DNA of 64,000 bases from an uncultured Rivularia sp. (GCA_963665115.1 OY762007.1:1792001-1856000); one strand, 5' to 3'; shown: positions 43,296 through 53,676, numbered from the stretch's first letter. The notes: generated from the letters alone by a model not told the origin. A program made the numbers and translations.

Positions 43296-43730
43296 ATGAA
43301 CGATAAACAGGTGCATTATGTAGCGATCGCCATTCTCTACAAAGACAACAAATTTTTAATGCAGTTGCGAGATAATATCCCAACTATTCCCTATCCGGGT
43401 TATTGGGCATTTTTTGGCGGACATATAGAACCAGGTGAAACTCCCGAAATCGCCGTGAGAAGAGAAGTTACAGAAGAAATTAGCTATACGTTACCAGAAA
43501 AAATTTATGAATTTGGTCGTTATGACTCAGAAAAAGCAGTGCGTCATGTTTTCCACGCACCCCTAGAAGTCGAACTAGATAAATTAGTACTCGGCGAAGG
43601 TTGGGATATGGGTTTAGTAACTCCCGAAGAAATTCGCAAAGGTAAGTGTTATTCCGCTGCGGCAGGAGAAGAAAGACCTTTAGGTGATGTCCATCAGCGG
43701 ATTTTGTTGGATTTTATGAATAAAAGTTAG
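43296..43730 (+). CDS. NUDIX hydrolase
   Basis: [21 protein letters not shown]udix box. Confidence 0.92.
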   Translation: MNDKQVHYVAIAILYKDNKFLMQLRDNIPTIPYPGYWAFFGGHIEPGETPEIAVRREVTEEISYTLPEKIYEFGRYDSEKAVRHVFHAPLEVELDKLVLGEGWDMGLVTPEEIRKGKCYSAAAGEERPLGDVHQRILLDFMNKS

Positions 43731-43987
43731 TGGTTAGTTGTTATTTGTTATTTGTTAGGAGTGAGGAGTTAGTAATTAAGAATTAGGAGTTAATATTTTA
43801 TCCTTGTCCCCTTGTCTCCCCATCTCCCCCTCTTCCCCCTCTCCCATTCCCTTTTTCTAAAAAATAGTTCGCAAACTATCCGGAATAGATAGAAATACGG
43901 TGGAAGTAATAATCAGCTTGACGAATTCTATAGCCAATTTTTATATCGAAACCGGGGAACTTCATCTTATAACCCCGCCGTCTTATG

Positions 43988-44024
43988 AAAAGCTCAGTCT
44001 TAACGGCTGGGCTTTTGACGTTTT
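43988..44024. terminator. Intrinsic terminator-like hairpin
   Basis: AAAAGCTCAGTC-TTAAC-GGCTGGGCTTTT. Confidence 0.5.
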
Positions 44025-44316
44025 TGGATTGGGGAATTGGGGATGGGGAATAAAATACCTGGCGATTGAATATCTCCTCCGGAGACGCTGCGAAGGCAGC
44101 TGCTACACAGGCGAAACCCACCTCCGTGGGTTATTTGATTGACAAAAGCACCCTTTTCAGATTTTGGATTTTAGATTAAAAATCTTAATTAAGAGTAAGA
44201 AGTTATGAATTTAAAATTCTCCCCACTCTGCCCCCTCTCTTCATCCCCAATTCTCAAAATAATAGTCCAACAAGCTAAAACCGCAATAAACTAATAACTA
44301 TTGTGGAGAAGGTGCT

Positions 44317-45378
44317 ATGGCTGAAGGTTTCAAACTGCCGAGATGGTTAAGTTTAGGGTTGGCTTTTCCGTTATGTATTCTTAATGCTTGGGTATTGCTT
44401 GGAGTTATTAAATATCTTCAACCCTTGGTAAATATAGTTATTGCTGCTGTATTGCTAGCTTTTGTTTTAGAATATCCGATTGTTTTTTTCCAGCGACGAG
44501 GGGTAAAACGTAATTTAGCTATTGTGGGAGTACTTCTACTCGCGGTTGTAATACTCGCAGCTCTAGGAATTACAGTTTTACCGTTAATTCTCGAACAGGT
44601 AAACGAATTAGTAAATATATTGCCAAGTTGGATTGACTCAGGTTCGCAACAGTTACAAGTTTGGCAGAATTGGGCTGCAACTCAACAGCTACCAGTTAAT
44701 CTTAGTGGTTTACTTCCCGATATTCTCCAAAAATTATCTAATCAAGTTCAAAGCTTGAGTGGTAGAATAATAGGCTTAGCATTCGGTACCATCGGCAGCG
44801 TTTTCAATATATTACTGACGGTAGTGCTGACTTTGTACATGATTTTAAATGGCGATCGCCTTTGGGAGGGAATTCTCAAATGGTTTCCGGAACGCATTAG
44901 TAAGCAGGTAAGCGAGTCTTTGAGCGAAGACTTTCAGAATTACTTTATCGGACAAGCAACTTTAGCTACCATCCTTGCAACGGGGTTAACTTTGGCTTTT
45001 GTCGCGTTAAAAGTTCCTTTAAATTTATTGTTTGCTTTAGTTATTGGATTTTTCGCGTTATTTCCTTTCGGTACGGGTATTGGAATTACTTTAGTCAGTT
45101 TATTGGTGGGATTGAACAACTTTTGGTTGGGAGTCGAAGTTTTAACCGTAGCAGTCGCAATTGACCAATTTAACTATAATTTTGTAGCGCCACGCATCCT
45201 CAGTAAATTTACTGGCTTAAACCCAGTTTGGGTAGTAATTTCATTGTTAATTGGAGCGAAACTTTTAGGAGTCTTGGGATTATTAGTTGCGATTCCCTTA
45301 GCTAGTTTTATTAAAAGCGTTGCTGATGGTTGGCGAGATGGGGAATTTAATATGGTAGACGATAAAGAATTATCGTAG
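44317..45378 (+). CDS. AI-2E family transporter
   Basis: Multi-TM protein; NYFIGQ, APRIL..FTGLNPVW and GLLVAIP motifs. Confidence 0.9.
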   Translation: MAEGFKLPRWLSLGLAFPLCILNAWVLLGVIKYLQPLVNIVIAAVLLAFVLEYPIVFFQRRGVKRNLAIVGVLLLAVVILAALGITVLPLILEQVNELVNILPSWIDSGSQQLQVWQNWAATQQLPVNLSGLLPDILQKLSNQVQSLSGRIIGLAFGTIGSVFNILLTVVLTLYMILNGDRLWEGILKWFPERISKQVSESLSEDFQNYFIGQATLATILATGLTLAFVALKVPLNLLFALVIGFFALFPFGTGIGITLVSLLVGLNNFWLGVEVLTVAVAIDQFNYNFVAPRILSKFTGLNPVWVVISLLIGAKLLGVLGLLVAIPLASFIKSVADGWRDGEFNMVDDKELS

Positions 45379-46020
45379 GTTGGGTTAAACGCTTTTAGCA
45401 TTTAAAGTTTTAGTTAAGAATCTATATAGCGTCGTAACCCAACATCTCTAGCCGTCTGAGCAACAAATTCTTAGTTCGTAGTAAGGGGACATTGCTTCCC
45501 TCTGCTCTTTTCAGTTAGTTCGCACTAACGCACCATCAAATTCAAATACAATCAATTTTAGGATATTTTTATTTATTCAAGATGTTGGTATTGGGTTACG
45601 ACTACAAATTTACGAACAGATTACGGATTAAAAAAACCTTACTAGACGCAGCGTTAGCAGCTAGCGAAGCGTACCGTAGGTATTGCGTGTCCGACAGGAC
45701 ATAAAGTGTGATCTTGGGGAGCCTTCATAAGGTGTGCGGTGAGACTAGGCAAGGGGGTGTCGGTTTCCGTCCCCCAAAAAGCGCGTTAGCGAAGCGAGGC
45801 GTTAGCCTTACCCGGAGGGGGGAACACAGCCGTTGAGCGAACTGCCGTTAGCGTTCACGCTCCGCGTGCGGCTCAGCGTCTCCCCTTGGGAGATACCCGT
45901 TCACGCTCCGCGTGCGGCTCAGGGGATAAGCGCGTTGAGAGAAGTAGCGTGGTTTCCCCCATGTGAGTCGGAGGCAATCTCTTCGAGAACAACTTTTCAG
46001 CCTTAGAGAGCGCGGAGGAA
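45376..46020. repeat. Mosaic of REP-like and nested SDR-like palindromic repeats
   Basis: GC-rich hairpin cluster with a duplicated CGTTCACGCTCCGCGTGCGGCTCAG and a GTAGGTTGGGTT…AACCCAAC unit. Confidence 0.75.
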
Positions 46021-46100
46021 AGAGGTAGAAGAGAGATAGTGATGATTTGATTTCAAGCTTACAATTTTAATGTATAGTGTGGCGATAACTGGAGATAATT

Positions 46101-47270
46101 GTGGAAGACAGCAGATTAATAAAGTCCCTACAATTAGAAAACTTTCTTTCCTATGGAAGCGAGAGTGAAGAAATTGAATTACAACCGCTGAATGTATTAA
46201 TTGGTTCAAATGCATCGGGAAAATCGAATTTAATTGAAGCGATCGCATTATTAAAAGCAACACCCACCGATTTACCAGCACCAATCCGTCAAGGTGGAGG
46301 TATTACTAATTTTATTTGGAAAGGTAGTAAAGAAAATCCAGTAGCTAGAATAAAAGCTATTATAAATTATCCTCCAGGACTTCAACCTTTAAACTATGAG
46401 TTGAAATTGAGTGCTACCCATCAAAAATTAGATATTATTGACGAAGCTATAGAAACTGATGCTGATACATTTTATAATTATCTTAGTGGTTATTCAATTT
46501 TAAAAGCTAAGTCAAATAGTTCTACAGAAACACAAATACAGCATTTTACACCGGGCTGGATAAATCCACAGCAGTCTATTTTATCTCAAAGAAAAGATCC
46601 TTATTTATATCCAGAAATATCATATTTAGGTAATAAATTTGCAAATATCTGTTTATATAGAGAATCGCATATTGGCAGATATTCAGAATTAAGAAATCTC
46701 CAGAAAACTGATTTACCGGAAAATCCTCTTTTAGAAGATGGAAGTAATCTAGGATTATTTTTAAATTACCTCCAATACCAACTAGGCAATAGAAAACTTA
46801 TTGAAAAGCTAAGAAAATTTTATGATGATGCAGAAGAACTTATTATAAAGATATCTGGGGGAACAGTACAGATATTTATTCGCGAAGAAGGTTTAATTCA
46901 ACCGATTCCTGCAACTCGATTATCCGATGGTACGCTTCATTATTTATTTTTAATGGCTTTACTATTAGATCCCACTCCACCACCACTTATATGTATTGAA
47001 GAACCAGAAATAGGTTTTCATCCTGATATTTTACCTGTTATTGCCGAAATGTTAATAGAAGCATCTCAAAAAACGCAATTAATTGTCACAACTCATTCAG
47101 ATGTTTTAGTTTCTGCGATTCCTCCCGAATCGGTATTAGTTTGCGAAAGGAATCAGGAAAAAGGTACTTATTTACGTCGTCTTCAACCCGAACAATTGAA
47201 AGATTGGTTAGAAAACTATACCGTTGGAGATTTATGGAGGATGGGTGAAATCGGGGGAACTAGATGGTAA
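46101..47270 (+). CDS. ABC-type (AAA_21-like) ATPase
   Basis: Walker A GSNASGKS, LSDGT signature, Walker B ICIEEPE, H-loop TTHS, C-terminal LWRMGEIGG. Confidence 0.88.
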   Translation: MEDSRLIKSLQLENFLSYGSESEEIELQPLNVLIGSNASGKSNLIEAIALLKATPTDLPAPIRQGGGITNFIWKGSKENPVARIKAIINYPPGLQPLNYELKLSATHQKLDIIDEAIETDADTFYNYLSGYSILKAKSNSSTETQIQHFTPGWINPQQSILSQRKDPYLYPEISYLGNKFANICLYRESHIGRYSELRNLQKTDLPENPLLEDGSNLGLFLNYLQYQLGNRKLIEKLRKFYDDAEELIIKISGGTVQIFIREEGLIQPIPATRLSDGTLHYLFLMALLLDPTPPPLICIEEPEIGFHPDILPVIAEMLIEASQKTQLIVTTHSDVLVSAIPPESVLVCERNQEKGTYLRRLQPEQLKDWLENYTVGDLWRMGEIGGTRW

Positions 47271-47878
47271 AGGAAATTCGTATTTATATTGAAGGTGGTG
47301 GTGACAGTAATAATACTAAAGCTTCGATTCGTAGAGGATTTAGCCAGTTTTTTCAAGAATTAGTACAGTTAGCAAGAAGCAAAAATATAAAATGGCAAAT
47401 TATTATTTGTGGAAGTCGGAATAATGCTTTCCGCGATTTCAAAACCGCTTTAAAATTTCATCAAAATGCTTTTAATGTACTTTTAGTTGATGCAGAAGCA
47501 CCTGTAAATAATTCTCCTTGGGAGCATTTAAATAAAAGAGATAATTGGACACCACCAGAAATAGATGATACTCACTGTCATTTAATGGTGCAAACAATGG
47601 AAGCATGGATGATTGCTGATGTTGAGACTCTGAAAAATTTTTACGGTAAGGGGTTTAAAGAAAATGCTATTCCTAAAACTTTAAATGTAGAGAAAATCAA
47701 TAAATCTAGTTTAGCATCAAGTCTTAAAGAAGCTACCCGCAATACTTCAAAAGGCGAATATCAAAAAATAAAGCACGCTTCAAAGCTTTTAGAAATGTTG
47801 GATGTTGAGAAAGTACGTCAAGCTTCTTTTCACTGCGATGGCTTGTTTAAAATTTTGTCAGAAAAAATGGCTGAATAA
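47264..47878 (+). CDS. DUF4276-like (TOPRIM-related) protein
   Basis: IYIEGGGD, LVDAE and MEAWMIAD motifs; overlaps the ATPase stop (translational coupling). Confidence 0.8.
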   Translation: MVKEIRIYIEGGGDSNNTKASIRRGFSQFFQELVQLARSKNIKWQIIICGSRNNAFRDFKTALKFHQNAFNVLLVDAEAPVNNSPWEHLNKRDNWTPPEIDDTHCHLMVQTMEAWMIADVETLKNFYGKGFKENAIPKTLNVEKINKSSLASSLKEATRNTSKGEYQKIKHASKLLEMLDVEKVRQASFHCDGLFKILSEKMAE

Positions 47879-47989
47879 GTAAGTTTTACCTTGTGAGTGG
47901 GAATACTTTAAATATCAACCGTGAAAAATCTATATATAAGAATTCACAGTTTAGGTATCTAGCCTATTTGTATTCAAAAATATTTTGTC

Positions 47990-48766
47990 ATGTCCGAAAA
48001 TCCAACTATTACCGAACTAACACCCAAACAAGAAGCTTTAATTCCGGTTTATCGGGAGAAATGGCGAAAAATTGCGCTTTCAACCCAGAGGATTGATGAG
48101 AAGAAAGCAAAAAAAGCGGTAAAAGCAGCTTATCAGTGGTTTGAAAAGGAAGTACCTGAAATTGTTTTTGTTGAAAGTCCTAATGCGGCTTTGAAAGAAT
48201 TGTATGATATTGGTTGCAATTACTCACATTTTTCTATTAAATACGATTTGCGACATCCTTTAATAAATTATCCATACGAACGTTCTCATAATGCTACTGC
48301 TATTGAAGAACGAACTGAAATAGAACGAGAAATATTAAAGATAGTATTAGAACAAAATTATCAGATACATACTCAGTTGGAAGAAGATTTAGATGAACAA
48401 GAGATTGGGATACCTGATGAATACACGTTAGGTGGTATCCAAACTGATTTTTTAATTGCTGAATGCTGTTTTTATGATTTCTGTATTTCCGTTTTAAAGT
48501 TACCTCACAACCAAAATCAATGGAAAGCTTTTAAAAATATAGTTAAGCATTGTGGATGGATTTTTGATTACAACAATGTTTGTATAGTATCCAATCGCCC
48601 AATTAAATTATCCTTCGACGAACAAAACAACCTCCACGAGTCAAACGGAAAACCCGCAATCGAATACTCTGACGGTTTCAAGGTTTACGCTTATCACGGT
48701 GTTTGGTTCCCAGAAAAATATGGTACTATTCCGACATCGGAATGGAAATCTCAATATTGCATAATG
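47990..48766 (+). pseudogene. DUF6745-like protein, 3'-truncated at the IS right end
   Basis: ITELTPKQEALIPVYREKW…CGWIF…RPIKLSFD…LH…PAIEYSDGF.VYAYHGV…W.SQ, then the frame runs into the IS end and stops at 48787. Confidence 0.7.
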
Positions 48767-49000
48767 TTGAGCCACTCGCCGCTCTAAAGAGACGGCGATT
48801 CAGGCTAGCTACCCTAACTTGTAGTCCTTCTGACTTATCTGGTTAGGGGCTGTACCTTCATTAGACATCTGCTCCGAGGGACTATAACTATCCCTACTTT
48901 TGCACTCGGCTACTCGATTCGCAGATTGATATTGCCGAAGCTCGGTGGGGGAAACTTCCCCCACCAGACTTCGCTGCCACCCGTCTAATAGGAACGGCTC
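48767..49000 (-). ncRNA. Putative TnpB omega/reRNA scaffold overlapping the tnpB 3' end and the right end
   Basis: Hairpins at 48944-48965 and 48776-48798; position expected from known TnpB systems. 5' boundary is a guess. Confidence 0.5.
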
Positions 49001-50366
49001 CGTCCCCTGGATACTCACATTGAGCATCCCAAAGTGACAACTTGTTGTTATACACGCATCGACTCAAAAACGCACTAAATAAGTCCCGATGCATAGGTTT
49101 AATACCCGTTACGTCTTTATGCACTCTTTCTGATAGTTTTTTCTTGATACGAGTACCATCAAGATGAGTTTGGGACAATGCTGTAGTTTGAGTCGAAAAA
49201 GTTAGAAAATAACCGCCAGCACTTTCAGCCTTGCGTTTAAGTTCTGATTGAAAAAAACCTGGTGACTTAACAGAAATTGCTTTACCGTAACGTTTCTGCC
49301 ATCCTTTTACGCTTACTCTCTCAGTTTTAATTTGATTGCCATGACGCAGAATCTCGTTAACTAATTTACGGTTTTGAGACTTTGCATAACTTGATTTACG
49401 TCTTTCTAACTCTGCTTTTTTAGCTGCTATCCGGCGATAGTTTCTCGTTTTTATCCATTGCTTTTTACCTTTTTTAACTTTACCTTTTTTGCGAATAATT
49501 CTGTTACCAACTTTTTTATCAAAGTCTGGCTCAAAATTATCTGGATTATGCATTCTTTGAGAACGCTGCATTTTACGCTGCAACGCTTTTATTTCGCGCT
49601 CAAAAGTTGGGACTTTTTCTGCAAATGGTAATAACCCAGCTTTATTGTCAGCAACAAACGCAACATTAGAAATGTTGACATCAAGTCCAACAATTCCTTC
49701 GGTTACGTAATTAGTCGGTTTTTGATATGGTGAACCTTCGTTAACTAATTGAATAAACCATCGCTTTTTACCGTTGAGGTTACGCCATAAAATACGGCAA
49801 TATTTAACAGGCGAATTTAAGCCATGAACTATTACTGGGTTATTCCAATCAATAATCGGGTTGATTTTTAAACCACACCAAACAACTTGATTTTTAAACC
49901 AGCGTAAACCTTGCTTGTTTGATTTACCTTCTACTGATTTAAAGCGAGTAGGTACTCTAAATCTAACTTGTCTAGCCATTCCAAACAGAATACGCTCAAC
50001 AGCTTTAAACGCTCTTGTAGCTAACTTTTGTTGAGTATTAGAATCTAATTTCTCTGCTATCCATTTAGATGATTTAGCCGTTAAAACAGCAAAACTTTGT
50101 AAATCATAATCAGAAAATCTTGCTTGCTCTCTAGCAGCTTTAAACAACTCTTTACGCTGTTTCTTATCTTTCTCTCGATTAAGTTTTTTAGCTTGTTTAT
50201 AAGGCTCGGAATTATGTACCAACTCCATCCGAACTAACGCCTCGTTAAGACAAGCATTATATAATTGCCTTCCAGCCTGAAAACTTGCGTTTAACTGTTT
50301 TTCAAGCTTGCTATCAACTTTTAACGGAACTTCTGTTACGAAAGATGGAGTTGTTTTCCGAGCCAT
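48894..50366 (-). CDS. tnpB: RNA-guided endonuclease TnpB family protein
   Basis: GRQLYNACL, RuvC-I GIVGLDVN, RuvC-II IKTERVS, RuvC-III HRDLFSA; LKRKAESAGG…TTALSQ. Confidence 0.85.
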   Translation of the reverse strand: MARKTTPSFVTEVPLKVDSKLEKQLNASFQAGRQLYNACLNEALVRMELVHNSEPYKQAKKLNREKDKKQRKELFKAAREQARFSDYDLQSFAVLTAKSSKWIAEKLDSNTQQKLATRAFKAVERILFGMARQVRFRVPTRFKSVEGKSNKQGLRWFKNQVVWCGLKINPIIDWNNPVIVHGLNSPVKYCRILWRNLNGKKRWFIQLVNEGSPYQKPTNYVTEGIVGLDVNISNVAFVADNKAGLLPFAEKVPTFEREIKALQRKMQRSQRMHNPDNFEPDFDKKVGNRIIRKKGKVKKGKKQWIKTRNYRRIAAKKAELERRKSSYAKSQNRKLVNEILRHGNQIKTERVSVKGWQKRYGKAISVKSPGFFQSELKRKAESAGGYFLTFSTQTTALSQTHLDGTRIKKKLSERVHKDVTGIKPMHRDLFSAFLSRCVYNNKLSLWDAQCEYPGDGAVPIRRVAAKSGGGSFPHRASAISICESSSRVQK

Positions 50367-50427
50367 TTGACCGACCTCTCAAATGTTGCTATAACATTAG
50401 TATACACATGGAAGTATAAAATGCCAA
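50367..50427. promoter_or_regulatory. Overlapping divergent sigma70-like promoters with palindromic operator candidate
   Basis: Plus strand TTGACC(50367)-17-TATAAC(50390); minus strand TTGGCA(50427)-17-TATACT(50404); IR AATGTT-N5-AACATT at 50382-50398; GAGAGG RBS for tnpB. Confidence 0.6.
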
Positions 50428-50618
50428 GAAATAACTTTGGTCGTTTTAAAAAAGGTCACAAGCTAGGTTTTACAACAGATAGGTCGGAACCTTTAACATC
50501 TATCGTTAACCTCAGAGTTACTCAGTCTCAGAAAAATAAACTAAAAAACGTTCCCAACTGGCAGGAACGACTAAGAGAATATATAGATGATTTGAACAAT
50601 ACTGTTGACGGCGAATAA
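50421..50618 (+). CDS. Small basic protein, putative ribbon-helix-helix DNA-binding regulator, inside the IS
   Basis: 65 aa; beta-strand-like SIVNLRVT followed by two helices (SQKNKLK, NWQERLREYID). Confidence 0.6.
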   Translation: MPRNNFGRFKKGHKLGFTTDRSEPLTSIVNLRVTQSQKNKLKNVPNWQERLREYIDDLNNTVDGE

Positions 50619-50957
50619 ATTCGCCTAACTTCGGATTTCCACCGCGCTATAAATAGTCGCGGCTACCATCCTCATAGAGCTTCAGGTGTAAGACCCAAGC
50701 TACGAACTCCGCGCCCCTCTGCGTTAAAAAAGTATTTTATTTTACTCTCAATGATAAAAAATCGTATTTATAACTAAAAATCCATTGCTATATATAAATA
50801 GCAATTGTAAAAAATGCAGCAAATAAACTGTAGTCAACTTGATGTGAAGGGTTAAAACCCTGACTACAAACTTAAATAAACTTTGAGTAAGTCAGGATAA
50901 CCTCAGTCTTTGGGTTATCATCATATATTGTCAGCTTGCAACCTGCATCCTTCATCC

Positions 50958-53534
50958 ATGACTGCATCTAAACACCAAAATACAACAACTATCGTTGACC
51001 ATCGCACGGTGGATATCAGTAAGCTGAGTCAGATGTACCAGCATTATATTGAAACTAAGGAAAAACATCCTCATGCGGTGCTTTTTTATCGAGTGGGTGA
51101 TTTTTTTGAATGTTATTTTGAAGATGCTGTAACTTTAGCTCAGGAGTTGGAACTCGTCTTAACTAGCAAGCAAGCTGGTGCTGATGTGGGACGGGTGGCT
51201 ATGAGTGGTGTCCCCCATCATTCTTGGGAGCGTCATGCTACTGGGTTGGTAGAAAAAGGTTATGCGGTAGTAATTTGCGACCAGGTAGAGGATGCTTCTC
51301 AGGTAACTGGTGGTCGTTTGGTGAAGAGGGAAATTACCAGAATTTTGACTCCCGGTACTCTTTTAGAAGATGGGATGTTAAAAGCGAGTCGGAACAATTA
51401 TTTAGCTGCTGTGGTAATTGCGGGGGATAATTGGGGTTTGGCTTATGCTGATATTTCTACGGGAGAGTTTTTAACTACTCAAACAAATGATTTGGAGCAT
51501 TTAACTCAAGAGTTGATGCGGTTGCAGCCGAGTGAGGTGTTATTTCCTACTAACGCTCCGGATTTGGGTGCGCTACTTAGACCTGGTGAAAAGTCGAATA
51601 GTTTACCCCAATGTCTGCCAACTTCGTTTTGTTATGCGTTGCGATCCCAAGTTCCTTTTTCTCAAGGTGAAGCGAGAAGTCGGTTATTGCAAAAGTTCAG
51701 ACTCCGCTCTCTGGAAGGGGTTGGTTGCGACCATTTACCTTTAGCCGTGCGTGCTGCTGGTGGTTTGTTGGAATATTTAGAGGAAACGCAAAAGCAAAAT
51801 AAGGTTCCTTTACAGCCTTTGCGAACTTATACTTTTACTGATTTTTTAGTTGTAGATTATTCAACAAGGCGTAACCTGGAAATTACGCAGACGATTCGTG
51901 ATGGTACTTATCATGGCTCGCTGTCGTGGGCTATGGATAGAACTACTACGGCTATGGGTGGACGTGCTTTGAAACGATGGTTGTTGCAGCCGTTGTTGGA
52001 TGTGAAGGGGATTCGCTCTCGGCAGGATACGATACAGGAATTAACGGAAAATACAACTTTGCGTCAAGATTTACGCGGGTTGTTAAAGCAGATTTATGAT
52101 TTGGAAAGGTTAAGCGGACGTTCTGGTTCTGGAACTGCGAATGCAAGAGATTTGTGGGCTTTGGCGGATTCTTTATCTAAGTTACCGCAGTTGGCTAATT
52201 TGGTGATGGATGCTCGTTCTCCTTTTCTCAAGGCTTTGCAGAAAGTTCCGCCAAGTATGGAAGAGTTAGCGGATAAAATAAAAACTCATATTGTGGAATC
52301 TCCGCCGATACAAATTAAGGAAGGTGGTTTAATTAGGGAAGGGATAAATCCTTTATTAGATGAAAGAAAAGAATTAGTAGAAGATGACCAAAAGTGGATT
52401 GCGAATTTAGAAATTGATGAAAGGGAAAGGACGGGAATTCCTAAGTTAAAAGTTGGTTATAACAAGACTTTTGGTTATTATCTCAGCGTTTCTCGGGCTT
52501 TAGCCGAAAAGGTTCCCGATAATTATATTCGCAAGCAGACTTTAACTAATGAAGAACGTTATATTACTCCGGAATTGAAGGAAAGAGAAGCTCGGATTTT
52601 AACTGCAAGAGATGATTTAAATAAGTTGGAATTTGACATCTTCTTAGCGTTACGGGAAGAAGTTGGTTCTCAAGCCGAAACTATTCGCAATATATCCCGT
52701 GCTGTTGCAGCGGCTGATGTGTTGTGTGGCTTAGCAGAATTAGCGGTATTTCAAGGTTATTGTCGTCCTGAAATGGTTGAAGGAAGAGAAATTAGGATTA
52801 TCGATGGAAGACATCCGGTAGTTGAGCAGTCTTTACCCGCTGGTTTCTTTGTACCAAATTCGACTTATTTAGGAAGGGAAGAAAATCAAGATAATGATAA
52901 TAATCAAAGTAAAAATTCTCCCGATTTAATTATTCTTACCGGGCCAAATGCCAGCGGTAAAAGTTGTTACTTACGTCAGGTGGGATTAATTCAACTAATG
53001 GCGCAGGTGGGAAGCTATATTCCAGCTAGCTCGGCAACTCTGGGAGTTTGCGATCGCATTTTTACTCGCGTAGGTGCGGTAGATGATTTAGCTACCGGAC
53101 AATCTACTTTTATGGTGGAAATGAACGAGACGGCAAATATTCTCAATCATGGTACGTCAAGATCGTTAGTATTGTTAGATGAAATTGGTCGAGGTACGGC
53201 GACTTTTGATGGTTTATCAATCGCATGGGCTGTAGGAGAATATATTGCCACCGAACTTTTAGCGAGAACAATTTTTGCAACTCACTATCATGAATTGAAT
53301 GAATTAGCGTCGCTGTTAGATAACGTTGCTAATTATCAGGTGACGGTGAAAGAAATGCCAGACCAAATTATCTTTTTGCATCAAGTACAACCCGGTGGTG
53401 CCGATAAATCTTATGGTATTGAAGCGGGAAGATTGGCAGGTTTACCAGCAACGGTGATAAAGCGAGCAAAGCAGGTGATGGGACAAATTGAGCAGCATAG
53501 TAAAATTGCCATTGGATTGAAATCGTTGGATTAA
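50958..53534 (+). CDS. mutS: DNA mismatch repair protein MutS
   Basis: [36 protein letters not shown] and SYGIEAG motifs. Confidence 0.97.
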   Translation: MTASKHQNTTTIVDHRTVDISKLSQMYQHYIETKEKHPHAVLFYRVGDFFECYFEDAVTLAQELELVLTSKQAGADVGRVAMSGVPHHSWERHATGLVEKGYAVVICDQVEDASQVTGGRLVKREITRILTPGTLLEDGMLKASRNNYLAAVVIAGDNWGLAYADISTGEFLTTQTNDLEHLTQELMRLQPSEVLFPTNAPDLGALLRPGEKSNSLPQCLPTSFCYALRSQVPFSQGEARSRLLQKFRLRSLEGVGCDHLPLAVRAAGGLLEYLEETQKQNKVPLQPLRTYTFTDFLVVDYSTRRNLEITQTIRDGTYHGSLSWAMDRTTTAMGGRALKRWLLQPLLDVKGIRSRQDTIQELTENTTLRQDLRGLLKQIYDLERLSGRSGSGTANARDLWALADSLSKLPQLANLVMDARSPFLKALQKVPPSMEELADKIKTHIVESPPIQIKEGGLIREGINPLLDERKELVEDDQKWIANLEIDERERTGIPKLKVGYNKTFGYYLSVSRALAEKVPDNYIRKQTLTNEERYITPELKEREARILTARDDLNKLEFDIFLALREEVGSQAETIRNISRAVAAADVLCGLAELAVFQGYCRPEMVEGREIRIIDGRHPVVEQSLPAGFFVPNSTYLGREENQDNDNNQSKNSPDLIILTGPNASGKSCYLRQVGLIQLMAQVGSYIPASSATLGVCDRIFTRVGAVDDLATGQSTFMVEMNETANILNHGTSRSLVLLDEIGRGTATFDGLSIAWAVGEYIATELLARTIFATHYHELNELASLLDNVANYQVTVKEMPDQIIFLHQVQPGGADKSYGIEAGRLAGLPATVIKRAKQVMGQIEQHSKIAIGLKSLD

Positions 53535-53676
53535 AAGACCTAACCCCCTAACCCCCTTCCCTGGTAGGGAAGGGGGAACTTAAGAAAATTTTAAAGCCTC
53601 TCTCCTTGCAGAGAGAAGCGCGTTGCGGAGGTTCCCTCCGTTGTAGCGATTTCGGAGAGAGAGGTTTGGAGAGAGG

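Larger units (their letters stand above)
48767..50700 (-). mobile_element. Non-autonomous IS200/IS605-family (tnpB-only) element
   Basis: Right end on the minus strand: hairpin TCGCCGTCTCTTTAGAGCGGCGA, then GTGGCTCAA (TCAA terminus at 48767). Left-end hairpin at 50642-50662; left boundary approximate. No tnpA. Confidence 0.78.

Noticed and set aside
43876..44142. Overlapping 80-81 aa ORFs on both strands
   Set aside because: They run through a terminator, STRR and SDR repeats; no recognisable protein features
45376..46020. Possible CRISPR array
   Set aside because: No constant repeat with regular unique spacers, and no cas genes in the window
48894..50366. Cas12-type CRISPR effector
   Set aside because: No adjacent array, and IS200/IS605-type ends are present, so TnpB is the simpler call
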